Shown: piece by piece, positions 1-12,987 of the stretch
Layout of the letters: each line of letters starts with the position of its first letter
Numbering within the stretch: position 1 is the stretch's first letter
Assembly (NCBI GenBank): GCA_964016885.1
Contig: OZ024741.1
Coordinates: forward strand, 14,074,001-14,138,000
DNA: 64,000 nucleotides
Direction: 5' to 3'
From: Eledone cirrhosa
Taxonomy: Eukaryota
Notes under the pieces: generated by a model
Database searches by the model: none
What the model was told of the DNA's origin: nothing
The model's input: the letters and a program-made list of their open reading frames with translations, nothing else
Made by a program: the position numbers and the translations under genes

Positions 1-1574
1 TTCGTGAAGCCAAGCCATGATAGACATATGTCTGTGGAATACTCAGCCACTTACACAATTTAAGGAATGGGCCATTTCTGTTGACCAACAAACTGAAACC
101 CTTAACATTGAGACCACTGAAATATGATTTATCATATATGATATAGTGGCCATCATTTTGTTAGTGATTATAACCTCACACTGTGATATAGATCTCAGCC
201 CTTATCCAACAGATCTTTAATCAAAGACTGACCAACCATGACTGTTCCACCTGTTAAGACATTCTATATTTAAAATTTCATTACTTAATATTGCCCTTGC
301 CCTTCTTTTCAGACAGTAAGGGAGATTTGGCTGTTATTTCTAGCTCTTTTCATTCTGAATTCTTTGGTTTAACACCAGCACCTAGTCCTTGGAAACCTTT
401 AATCCTCTTGTGATCATATTTCTAATGAAATACACTATTTCAATTAATTAATATACAATGTTGAGGAATTTACTAAAATCCTGAATTATTTTATTACTAA
501 GTTTGTATTAAAAACAAACATATACCTGTTGGCAATACTCCCACAATTTCTCAAATTCTTGCTGTTGCAGTGTGAATATTTAATCAGCTGTGCTGCGTCT
601 GGGGTGAAAACCACAGTCAGCTAAATTGGATTCAACAATATCCGACATCTCTTTGTCAGACACATAGTATAGACTTTGACACTTTGTTAGGAAAGACATT
701 TTTCCTTCTGCTAGAAAATGAAAATTTACATCAATATCATGTATGTGTGTATGTGTGTGTGTGTGAGAGAGAGAAAGGTTGGAGGTGGGGGAGAAATACA
801 TTGGGATGGATAGAGGCTTGTCCCAGCTGAAAATCACAACATATGTTTGTATTTGCTGATGATTCTACAGATGTAAAGGATATTTTAAAGGGTCATATAT
901 AACTTCTCACTTTCTCTCTCACACATACACACACTCATACATACACAAACACACATATACACACATACAAACACACTTATACACAAACACACATATACAC
1001 ATACACACACATCAATAAACACACAACTAATATGTTTCTTTTTTCAATAGCTCAGACCAAATATTTGTTTCACTAACAATTAATTTGTGTGTGTGTGTGT
1101 TCAAGAGAAGTGAGGGTTAAAAAAGGTTTCTTGAGTCCAGAGGCTGATGATGTGGTTGGAAGGAACACATTACGTTGGATAGGAAACCAGTCCATTGCAA
1201 AGTTAACTCCCATATGTTGGATATATTCATTTTCAACTGAGTGCACTGGAGCAATGTCAAAGGATGCAATGTACCACCTCATTTGGAGATTGAACCTATC
1301 ACCTTACAACTAGGATGTCCTACCCACTAGGTTGTGACTTAATGAAAAACTGTATCAATACTTGGTTCTAACATCGGTGTCATGCCAGTAATGGGGGAGA
1401 CAATCAATTAAATCAAATCTGATACTTTATTGTGATTTTAGTTTATCAATCCCAGAAGGTTGAATGGCAAAGTTGGTCATGGCAGGATCTGAACTCAGAA
1501 CATAAAAGGCCATAACTAAATGCTACAAAGCATTTTGTCCAATACTTTAATGATTCTGCCACAATAGTATTCAA

Positions 1575-2300
1575 TATTTTTTCATGCTCAGAGTTGCTGA
1601 AGCATGGAACAAACTACCTACAACAGTTGTTAGCTGCCGGACACTGCATCCTTTAAAACCTCCATGGAACAAACTACCTACGTCAGTTGTTAGCTGTCGG
1701 GACACTGCATCCTTCAAAACTTCCATGGAGCAAACTACCTGCATCAGTTGTTAGCTGTCGGGACACTGCATCCTTTAAAACCTCCATGGAACAAACTACC
1801 TACATCAGTTGTTAGCTGTCGGGACACTGCATCCTTTAAAACCTCCATGGAACAAACTACCTGCATCAGTTGTTAGCTGTCGAGACACTGCATCCTTTAA
1901 AACCTCCATGGAACAAACTATCTACATCAGTTGTTAACTGTTGAGACACTGCATCCTTTAAAACCTCCATGGAACAAACTACCTGCATCAGTTGTTAACT
2001 GTTGAGACACTGCATCCTTTAAAACCTCCATGGAACAAACTACCTGCATCAGTTGTTTGCTGTCGAGACACTGCATCCTTTAAAACCTCCATGGAACAAA
2101 CTATCTACATCAGTTGTTAACTGTTGAGACACTGCATCCTTTAAAACCTCCATGGAACAAACTACCTGCATCAGTTGTTAACTGTCGAGACACTGCATCC
2201 TTTAAAACCTCCATGGAACAAACTACCTGCATCAGTTGTTAGCTGTTGAGACACTGCATCCTTCAAAACTTCTATGGAACAAACTATCTACATCAGTTGT
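1575..2300 (+). repeat. 61-bp minisatellite (~11.5 copies) amplified from the 3' end of a CR1/L2-type LINE ORF
   Basis: Unit ggaacaaactacctgcatcagttgttagctgtcgagacactgcatcctttaaaacctccat. Lead-in plus unit reads roughly FFMLRVAEAWNKLP.SVVSCRDTASFKTS, resembling CR1/L2 ORF2 C-termini. An unamplified copy lies at ~35285-35400. Confidence 0.85.
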
Positions 2301-2371
2301 CAACACAAAATGGTGTGTATGTAGGGGAAGGTGGAGGGGGTAACATCTTACCATATCGTGTATTATCATCC

Positions 2372-2612
2372 ACAGATATGTGATGATGTATGATATCACA
2401 TTTTTTCACAGATATGTGTGGTGTGATATCACACATCTAATATATTCCACAGGTATGTGTGGTGTGATATCACATATATGTAATATCATCTACAGATATG
2501 TGTGGTGTGATATCAAACATCTAACATATTCCATATGTATGCATGATATCACACATATCTAATATCTTCCTCTGAAATGTGTGACATCATTCATATGTAA
2601 TATCTTCTGCAG
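2372..2612. repeat. Degenerate ~38-bp tandem repeat (cagatatgtgtggtgtgatatcacacat...)
   Basis: About six diverged copies visible. Confidence 0.7.
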
Positions 2613-2769
2613 AATATGCATGAAAAGTTGATGAGAATATAACATGTGAAATTATAGTCTATCCATTAATTCCTTATTCTGTCCCAGTAAAACTGTATAA
2701 ACAGACAACCTTTAAACTGTCCACTGTAATTTATTTTGACTATGTTACGCAAACACTGATATCTAAAAC

Positions 2770-5269
2770 CTATAGGTTTATCCTATAGTGTATTATAGGT
2801 TTATCCTATAGTGTATTATAGGTTTATTCTATAGTATATTATAGGTTTATCCTATAGTGTATTATAGGTTTATCTTATAGTATATTATAGGTTTATCCTA
2901 TAGTGTATTATAGGTTTATCTTATAGTATATTATAGGTTTATCCTATAGTATATTATAGGTTTATCCTATAATATATTCTAGGTTTATCCTATAGTATAT
3001 TATAGGTTTATCCTATAGTATCTTATAGGTTTATCCTATAGTATATTATAGGTTTATCCTATAGTGTATTATAGGTTTATTCTATAGTATATTATAGGTT
3101 TATCCTATAGTATATTATAGGTTTATCCTATAGTGTATTATAGGTTTATTCTATAGTATATTATAGGTTTACCTATAGTATATTATAGGTTTATCCTATA
3201 GTATATTATAGGTTTATCCTATAGTGTATTATAGGTTTACCTATAGTATATTATAGGTTTATCCTATAGTATATTATAGGTTTATTCTATAGTATATTAT
3301 AGGTTTATCCTATAGTATATTATAGGTTTATCCTATAATATATTCTAGGTTTATCCTATAGTATATTATAGGTTTATCCTATAGTGTATTATAGGTTTAT
3401 TCTATAGTATATTATAGGTTTATCCTATAGTATATTATAGGTTTATCCTATAGTGTATTATAGGTTTATCCTATAGTATATTATAGGTTTATCCCATAGT
3501 ATATTATAGGTTTATCCTATAGTGTATTATAGGTTTATTCTATAGTATATTATAGGTTTATCCTATAGTATATTATAGGTTTACCTATAGTATATTATAG
3601 GTTTATTCTATAGTATATTATAGGTTTATCCTATAGTATATTATAAGTTTATCCTATAGTATATTATAGGTTTATCCTATAGTGTATTATAGGTTTATCC
3701 TATAGTGTATTATAGGTTTATCCTATAGTATATTATAGGTTTATCCTATAGTATATTATAGGTTTACCTATAGTATATTATAGGTTTATCCTATAGTATA
3801 TTATAGGTTTATCCTATAGTATATTATAGGTTTATCCTATAGTGTATTATAGGTTTATCCTATAGTATATTATAGGTTTATCCTATAGTATATTATAGGT
3901 TTACCTATAGTATATTATAGGTTTATCCTATAGTATATTATAGGTTTACCTATAGTATATTATAGGTTTATCCTATAGTATATTATAGGTTTATCCTATA
4001 GTGTATTATAGGTTTATCCTATAGTGTATTATAGGTTTATCCTATAGTATATTACAGGTTTATCCTATAGTACATTATAGGTTTATCCTATAGTGTATTA
4101 TAGGTTTATCCTATAGTGTATTATAGGTTTATCCTATAGTATATTACAGGTTTATCCTATAGTATATTATAGGTTTATCCTATAGTATATTATAGGTTTA
4201 TCCTATAGTGTATTATAGGTTTATCCTATAGTGTATTATAGGTTTATTCTATAGTATATTATAGGTTTACCTATAGTATATTATAGGTTTATCCTATAGT
4301 ATATTATAGGTTTATCCTATAGTGTATTATAGGTTTACCTATAGTATATTATAGGTTTATCCTATAGTATATTATAGGTTTATCCTATAGTGTATTATAG
4401 GTTTATCTTATAGTATATTATAGGTTTATCCTATAGTATATCATAGGTTTATTCTATAGTATATTATAGGTTTATCCTATAGTATATTATAGGTTTATCC
4501 TATAATATATTCTAGGTTTATCCTATAGTATATTATAGGTTTATCCTATAGTGTATTATAGGTTTATTCTATAGTATATTATAGGTTTATCCTATAGTAT
4601 ATTATAGGTTTATCCTATAGTGTATTATAGGTTTATCCTATAGTATATTATAGGTTTATCCTATAGTATATTATAGGTTTATCCTATAGTGTATTATAGG
4701 TTTATTCTATAGTATATTATAGGTTTATCCTATAGTATATTATAGGTTTACCTATAGTATATTATAGGTTTATTCTATAGTATATTATAGGTTTATCCTA
4801 TAGTATATTATAAGTTTATCCTATAGTATATTATAGGTTTATCCTATAGTGTATTATAAGTTTATCCTATAGTGTATTATAGGTTTATCCTATAGTATAT
4901 TATAGGTTTATCCTATAGTATATTATAGGTTTACCTATAGTATATTATAGGTTTATCCTATAGTATATTATAGGTTTATCCTATAGTATATTATAGGTTT
5001 ATCCTATAGTGTATTATAGGTTTATCCTATAGTATATTATAGGTTTATCCTATAGTATATTATAGGTTTACCTATAGTATATTATAGGTTTATCCTATAG
5101 TATATTATAGGTTTACCTATAGTATATTATAGGTTTATCCTATAGTATATTATAGGTTTATCCTATAGTGTATTATAGGTTTATCCTATAGTGTATTATA
5201 GGTTTATCCTATAGTGTATTATAGGTTTATCCTATAGTATATTACAGGTTTATCCTATAGTATATTATA
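2770..5269. repeat. 23-bp minisatellite, ~110 copies
   Basis: Unit ataggtttatcctatagtatatt, containing the inverted repeat TATAGG-tttat-CCTATA. Confidence 0.97.
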
Positions 5270-5274
5270 ACCTT

Positions 5275-5905
5275 GGTTAAAATATTTAATTGATATTTTC
5301 TTGTTATATCCATATTTGTCATTATTGATACATTAAAGTTATTGGAAATGTATATTTTGTCATTATCATATACATGTTATTGAAAATATCTACCTTGTTA
5401 TTGATTTCATCCATGATATTGAAAATATCATTGATTTGACATTCAAGTTATTGAAAATATATATTTTGTCATTGATCTCATATACATGTTATTGAAAATA
5501 TATCATTGATCTCACATTCAAGTTATTGAAACCGTATATTTTGTCATTGATCTCCTACATGTTATTGAAAATATATGATTGGTCACACATTAAAGTTATT
5601 GGAAATATACACCTTGTCATTGATATTGCATGCATATTATTGAAAATATACATCATGTTATTGATCTTGCATGCATATTATTGAAAATATATATATATCA
5701 TTATTTTCACATTAACGTTATTGAAAATATATCTATCATCTATCTCACATTAATTTTATTGAAAATATATATCTTGTCATTGATCTAAGATGCATGTTAT
5801 TGAAAATATATATGTTATTGATCTCAGATGCATGTTATTGACAACATTTATCTGCCATTGATCTCCAATGCATGTTATTGACAAGATCTATCTGTTATTG
5901 AAAAT
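5275..5905. repeat. Degenerate tandem repeat built on (g)ttattgaaaatata...cattgatct
   Basis: Motif recurs roughly every 40 bp. Confidence 0.7.
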
Positions 5906-5970
5906 CTGTTGGATTTGAACTTTTTCTTCCAATTAAATTTGTTTGTTTTTTCTTTTCTCTTTTCATGCAG

Positions 5971-6777
5971 CCTGTGTACCTTTTACTTCACCTGAAGAAC
6001 GGCCCAGGTAACACACCTGAAATTCCCACTTCCACCAGACATTTGCGAAGGAACACCTTGACTGTAAATGGCGAGGACATGAGCGACGTAGAAATTGAAA
6101 TGTTGAATATCCATGACTATGCTGTGTTTGAACACGAGCAGAAGCTACTGTCTGACTTTCGCAATAGCATTCGGTCTAGGAGCAGTACTGAGAACCATGT
6201 TTCAAAATCATCTTTGAATGGTGCTGAGGAGCCTCGAGTCTCCTTCCACGATATGGCTAAACAAGTCGTTATGGCCGAGAATGTTTTGTTGGGTTGGCAA
6301 CGTCATATGAAGCATCATAGTTCTTCATCAGAAGATTTTATTGATACCAGTCTCGATGACCTTCCTGGCCACCTTGACAAGGCTAACCTTGACAACCTCG
6401 ATCAAGCTTCGACGTTGACCTTGTTGTCATCGGAATATTACAATCCGAGCATCAACACAACAAACCTCGACAACAATTCTCTAATTCTGTCATCACAGCA
6501 TTCAACCGTTCATGCTCCCAGCCTAGGTAGTCCTGCAGATTCTGGTGGCAGTGGTAGAGATGTTAGCCTCACTTATATGACGATGCATGATGCACATTCT
6601 ACACCTCTCACCACATCAGATGTCCAATGTGCATGCAATGATGTTGTACAGCCGTGTCCTGACAGTGTTAGCGGAAAAGGGACATTAGAACAGTCTCCGA
6701 CATCTATAGGTGTATCAAAGTCTTCATCATTAGCGAAACGCACGTCCTGGTTATGTCCATCCTGCACAGTTGTATGA
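5971..6777 (+). CDS. Candidate terminal coding exon of a host gene: low-complexity Ser-rich tail ending in a CaaX prenylation motif (WLCPSCTVV*)
   Basis: The only long non-repetitive, non-TE ORF (270 aa). It is preceded by the polypyrimidine tract ttttcttttctcttttcatgcag (AG at 5969-5970); an alternative AG lies at 6006-6007. A T-rich UTR-like sequence follows. Gene identity not recognised. Confidence 0.7.
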   Translation, partial: PVYLLLHLKNGPGNTPEIPTSTRHLRRNTLTVNGEDMSDVEIEMLNIHDYAVFEHEQKLLSDFRNSIRSRSSTENHVSKSSLNGAEEPRVSFHDMAKQVVMAENVLLGWQRHMKHHSSSSEDFIDTSLDDLPGHLDKANLDNLDQASTLTLLSSEYYNPSINTTNLDNNSLILSSQHSTVHAPSLGSPADSGGSGRDVSLTYMTMHDAHSTPLTTSDVQCACNDVVQPCPDSVSGKGTLEQSPTSIGVSKSSSLAKRTSWLCPSCTVV

Positions 6778-7079
6778 CATCCCCCTCGTCTCTCACCTTC
6801 CTCCAATGCACACCTCCCCCTTCAGACAATTCTAACAGTGAGTTTCATTTGCTTCTTTTTGTTTCTTTCTTTATTTATTTTTTTTTTTTTTTGTTATTTT
6901 TAGTTTATTTCTTTGTTGTTATTGTTTTTTTTTTATTTGCTTGAAATATTTTTTTTCTGCAGTTATTATTGTTTTATTTGTTTATCAGTCTTATTTATTG
7001 TGTTGTGTTGTGTTGTGTTGTGTGGTTGTCATCTGTTGCTACATCTTAGTCTGGTCCTATCTTCAAACCTAGACATTTG

Positions 7080-7225
7080 TCTGTCTGTGTGTCTCTATCT
7101 CTCTCTCTCTCTCTCACTCTCTCTCTCTCTCTCTGTCTCTCTGTATGTCTGTGTGTGTGTCTCTCTCTCTGCATGTTTGTGTGTGTGTATGTCTCTCTCT
7201 CACTGTATGTATGTGTCTCTCTCTC

Positions 7226-7258
<33 letters not shown>

Positions 7259-7300
7259 CTGTGTCTGTGTGTCTGTGTATGTCTGTGTGCGTGTGTCTCT
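7080..7300. repeat. (CT)n/(GT)n compound microsatellite
   Basis: Direct observation. Confidence 0.9.
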
Positions 7301-8707
7301 GTAAGTGTTTATCACTAGGTTAAATATATCATATATACTCAGCTATTTTCCTCAACAAATTCTTGAAAAATCAGTGTATGACTTATGTACCAGATCTAAA
7401 AAACCTCAATTTAAAATATATGACACATTGTAAAGGTTCTATGTAAAATAGAAGTGTGCCTTTCTATTGGACCTACAAAAGATTAATTCGAAATATATGG
7501 TACATTGTAAATGAATGTAGAATGGTAGCATCACTTATCTATAGAATCTATAAAACTTCAATGCAATATAAGGTACACTGTAGAAGTTGTATGTAAAATG
7601 ACATGCAATGGGATTGACCAGGGATCTATTAATTGTGGAACCTCTTAACAATTCAGCCATGTTACATCTGTGATCTGACAGCATTTAGTCATAAAAAAAT
7701 GAAAATAATCATATTTTTGACAGCTTACAGCCAAAATAATTGCATGTCTTTCTCTTTTTCTCTCTCTTTTTGCTCTAAGACAAAGGGACAAGGGATCAAA
7801 ACATTGTCTTCCTCTCAAACAAAGTGATAATTTTTGTTTATGTTCTGCATAAATATAGATCCCGCTGTTCAGTAGTTAGATGTATAAAGATCCATTCCTT
7901 AATTGAAAAAACCAAGTATGGGTGGTCTCAGTCGATGGGCATCCAATCAGAATACTGCCTCAAAAGTCTTCTCCAGCCCATGCGAACAATGGGAAAACAG
8001 ACATAAATCTGATAATGATGATTTTATATATTTATTCATAAATGAAATACAATTTTATTTCATTGTAGAGTTATATAAACATACAGAAAAAGAGCAGTAT
8101 TGGAAAGGACTATAAATGCCATAAATAAGAAGAAAAGGAGAAGAAGAGCAAGGACTATTAGACCAAGGAAGAAAGAGAGGGGGAAGGATGGCAGACTCTA
8201 CACCTAGGGCAGAGAGGTGTTTTGGTTGTGTACTGTGGACAGAATTACAAAGGTGTTTCCACAGGGTCAATGACACACACTGCAACAGCCACCCCAACTA
8301 TATAATCCTCCACATGGACTTAGTAACTAGTTATGCGCATACACACACACACACACACACATATGAATATTAATAATGAGTATAACTGAAGTTGCAGCTG
8401 CACAATAGCAGATGAACAATCTAATTACCAGAGGCTGTTATGAAGCACTCAATGTGTGAGTAATTGATAAATTTCTCCTCAGAGTGAACACAAAATATAT
8501 ATAAAAGGAGGGCTGGAGAAAGGCCTCCAACTTTTCTGCAGCATCCTATGAAGAAAATTTGCAATTGGATGGACAGTTTATACCCTTATATGGACAAGGC
8601 TGGTGATATGGCTAGTCAACTGTGAGCCCTTTTGGCTACCAGTCTGTAACTAGCTGTTGAAATGGCAAGGGCTCAACTGCCGGGTCCTCACTCTTTATAA
8701 TATATGT

Positions 8708-8960
8708 GGAGGCACGTGGCCAAGAGGTAAGGGTATTAGACTTACAATCATAATGTTGTGGCTGCATGTTGTGTTCTTGAGCAAAACACTTCATTTCATG
8801 TTGCTCCAGTATACTCAGCTGAAAATGAGTACCAGTAATAGCTGGGGATTTAACTCTGCAATGGACTGTTGTCCTGTCCAGGGGGGAGTCTTGTACTCTG
8901 TTGCTTCATGCCATGAAACCAGGATAAGCACTAGCCATATGAGCCTTCTGGCTTAAGAAA
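8708..8960 (+). mobile_element. Degenerate tRNA-derived SINE
   Basis: ggaggcacgtggcc..ggta head followed by tgttgtgttcttgagcaaaacactt, shared with the SINEs at 28853-29185 and 48848-49165. Confidence 0.65.
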
Positions 8961-8966
8961 TACTTT

Positions 8967-9029
<63 letters not shown>

Positions 9030-10680
9030 TGAGTGAGTGGGGGGATAGTAGTGAAGACAGGTGGAGTGATGCTGTTCAGAGAAGGTCCCATCCAACCCAT
9101 GCTAGCATGGAACAACAGACATAAAATGATATATATGTTGCTAAGACATTAGAATGAAAGAGAGCTACTGATAAGAATTTTATAACATTGCTATTGAAGT
9201 TGCTATTGTCAGTAATGGACTAAGTAAAAGAAGAGATCCTGCTGTTATATTGCCCCAGGAAGGGAGTGATGAACCTCACAACATCTTCTGCATCAGGGGA
9301 CTAAACATTGTCTTTTATAAGCTTTAGGATTGTTGCTGTTATATTAGGTTATGTTATATTGCCCCAGGAAGGGAATAATGAACTTCACATCATCTCCTGA
9401 ATCAGGATTGTTGAGTGGTTAGAGAATTGGATTTGTAATGGTGAGGTTGTGAGTTCGATTCCTGGACCGGGCGATGTGTTATGTCCTTAGGCAAGACACT
9501 TTATTTCACGTTGCTCCTTCTACCTGGAGCTGCGACCGATAGAACTTATTAGCAACTGGAAAGACGAATGGAAACATTGTTTCTTCAGTCCGATTTGACA
9601 AAAGTCGATTGTTTCTCTTATATAGTAAGATATTTGTATTGGGTTTAAAATTGCTGGTCAATTGTGATCAAGGACGAGCTGAGGGGGCCACGTAGTGATC
9701 CATGCCCTAATACTTCTAGTTGTTGTTGTTATTGTTGTTGTTGTTGTTGATGTTGATGTTGTTGTGACCATCACTGTTATCCACACAAAATTTATTACAC
9801 ATAATTTTAATCTTTTAAGGTTTAAAAAATAATAATTATTTATTTCATTTTATATTTGTTGTTTTATTTGCATACTTTGTTTTTCACTCTCTGCTCCCCA
9901 CCCCTCTTCTCCCTTCTCTCTATCCCCAAACCCTTCACTGTTATACTGTCCTTCAGTCCTTATCCTTCACTATTATACTGTCCTTCAGTCCTCACCCTTC
10001 AAAGTTACAATCCTCAGGGGATACACACTCAGGTTACAATATCTCAAAACCTTCAATTTCAGTCATAAATCCTCCAAGTACACACATTAGCAACAGTAAA
10101 ATGTGGCCTTGTTACCAGATTTGAGTGGATTATAACTACTTCTACATTCATCATTCTATTTTTACATGTATTAAGCATCGTTGCATGAGTTGGATGGCTG
10201 TTGTCTAGCCGAGTCTTCCACCTGTTCTGGTCTCCCTTTGTCATCTCCTTCCTCTCACAGGTTCAACATTCTCAGATCTGATCTCATCACTTCTCACTGA
10301 CATCTACATGTGTGATTGAATAATACACACAGACAGACATTCACACACACACATACACAGAGACACACACACAGATACATACATACACAGACACATTCAC
10401 ACACACACAGAGACACCCACACAGACACTGATACACACAGAGATATACAGACACATTCTCATACACATACATACTCACACACACTCAGACACAGACACAC
10501 ACACACACACACATACACACACTGTATATACTTGTGTATAGGTGGCACCATTTCTCATGAAAATATGTGAAAAGTCAATATGACTCATCCATAGAACTTG
10601 GAAAACCTCAGTTCTAAATATATGGTTCATTGTAAATGTTTGTAAAATGAAAATATGACTTGACTCATGTGTATATACAG

Positions 10681-11105
10681 TCATCATCATCATTACCATT
10701 TAATGTCCATTTTTCCACACTAGTATGGGTTAGACGAGTTGCCCTGTTGTGAGACAAGTCAGATCAGATGACCATGACTTGCTCATACGAGACTGGTTAT
10801 AAATTAGTTTCTACAACTGGATGCCCTTCCTAACACCTACCACATTTACAGTGCGGACTGGGTGCTTTTTGTCGTGACACCTATATGACCACCTTACAGT
10901 GTGGACTGGGTGTTTTTTGTCATGACACCTATATGACCACCTTACAGTGTGGACTGGGTGTTTTTTGTCATGACACTTACACGACTACTTTACAGTGTGG
11001 ACAGAGCACGTTTTGTTGTGACACCTACACAATTACTCCACAGTGTGGACTGGGCACTTTTTGTCATGACATATACACAACCACTTTACAGTGTGGCCTG
11101 GTGAC
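10681..11105 (-). mobile_element. RTE 3'UTR-derived fragment with an internal ~42-bp tandem amplification
   Basis: (CAT)n tail and ggatgcccttcctaacacc motif, followed by repeated ttacagtgtggactgggtg units. Confidence 0.75.
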
Positions 11106-11614
11106 ATGGATGAGGGAGAGGCATGGGGATTGATGAGGTATATCTATATGTATATACAATATATCTATTGTATATACATATATACAAATACATATATTTT
11201 TTATCTATCATCATCATCATCATCCTACGTCTGTATTGCTATTCCTGTATGGGTATGGCTGGTCCAACGCAGCATCTTTCCAGTTGTCGAACTCCTTCAT
11301 CTCCTCTGTAAGGTTCAACCTTCTGATATTATTGCAAGTGTTTCATCAAACTGCCATGATGGTCTATAAAAAACAACAACATGGCAGCAGAGCCTTACTT
11401 TTCATTGGTTAACACAGATCATGTGAGTCATGTGATAAGGCTGGTACCATCTTTCAATTGAAGAAATACAATGGTAGACAACCACTGGGTTTAATTTGAA
11501 AGGGTCTCATCATTGCAGACCCTCTACTGCTTCTTCCTACCATGACCCTCCCTATCATTGTCCCCCACTCTCACCATGCCCCATACAACCCCCACCTCCA
11601 CCACCACACCCCTC

Positions 11615-12580
11615 CTGTCACCAAAGCCCTCCAGTCACCACAACCCGCCAGCCACCACACCCCTCCAGATACCACACCCCTCCAGCCACCACACCCCTCC
11701 AGATACCACACCCCTCCAGCCACCACACCCCTCCAGCCACCACACCCCTCCAGATACCACACCCCTCCAGCCACCACACACCCCGTCCACCACACCCCTC
11801 CAGCCACCACACCCCTCCTGCCACCACACCCCTCCAGCCACCACACCCCTCCAGCCACCACACCCCTCCAGCCACCACACCCCTCCAGCCACCACACCCC
11901 TCTTTCCACCACACCCCTCCAGCCACCACACCCCTCCAGCCACCAGACCCCTCCAGCCACCACACCCCTCTTTCCACCACACCCCTCCTGCCACCACACC
12001 CCTCCAGCCACCACACCCCTCCTGCCACCACACCCCTCCAGCCACCACACCCCTCCAGCCACCACACCCCTCCAGCCACCACATCCCTCCAGCCATCTCA
12101 CCCCTCCAGCCACCACACCCCTCTTTCCACCACACCCCTCCAGCCACCACACCCCTCCAGCCATCTCACCCCTCCAGCCACCACACCCCTCCAGCCACCA
12201 CACCCCTCCAGCCACCCCCTCCCCCTCCTGCCACCACACCCCTCCAGCCACCACACCCCTCCTTCCACCACACCCCTCCAACCACCACACCCCTCCAGCC
12301 ATCACACCCCTCCAGCCACCACACCCTCCAGCTACCACACCCCTCCAGCCACCACACCCCTCCAGCCACCACACCCCTCCAGTCACCACACCCCTCCAAC
12401 CACCACACACCCCATCCACCACACCCCTCCAGCCACCACACCCCTCCTTCCACCACACCCCTCCAGCCAACACACCCCTCCAGTCACCCCCCTCCCCCTC
12501 ATGCCACCACAGCCCTCCAGCCACCACACACCCCAGCCACCACACCCCTCCAGCCACCACACTCCTCCAGCCATCACACC
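11615..12580. repeat. 18-bp C-rich minisatellite (ccagccaccacacccct-type)
   Basis: Tandem array; the overlapping ORFs on both strands are repeat artefacts. Confidence 0.95.
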
Positions 12581-12666
12581 CTCGGACTTTGTCCCCACCC
12601 TTGCACCTCTGCCACCACAGTTCAATGTTGTTACTATGACTCCTGCTATTATAGTGCTATGTCATT

Positions 12667-12937
12667 AGTATGGTACTATACCGTTAGTATAGTACTATAC
12701 CGTTAGTATAGTACTATACCGTTAGTATGGTACTATACCGTTAGTATGGTACTATACCGTTAGTATGGTACTATACCGTTAGTATAGTACTATACCGTTA
12801 GTATAGTACTATACCATTAGTATAGTACTATACCGTTAGTATGGTACTATACCGTTAGTATGGTACTATACCGTTAGTATGGTACTATACCGTTAGTATA
12901 GTACTATACCGTTAGTATAGTACTATACCGTTAGTAT
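12667..12937. repeat. 19-bp minisatellite (tagtatrgtactataccgt)
   Basis: About 14 copies, with the near-palindromic core gtatagtactatac. Confidence 0.95.
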
Positions 12938-12987
12938 ATCTCTCACAGTTCTCTACCTTTGGTAATGTTTCATCCTGTCAACCTCAC

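Noticed and set aside
9560-9592. CTGAAGA plus a short hairpin on the minus strand
   Set aside because: No downstream GAAA or stem I/III, so not a hammerhead.
11496-12706. Pro/His/Thr-rich extensin- or mucin-like ORFs
   Set aside because: Open in nearly all frames on both strands; artefact of an 18-bp minisatellite.
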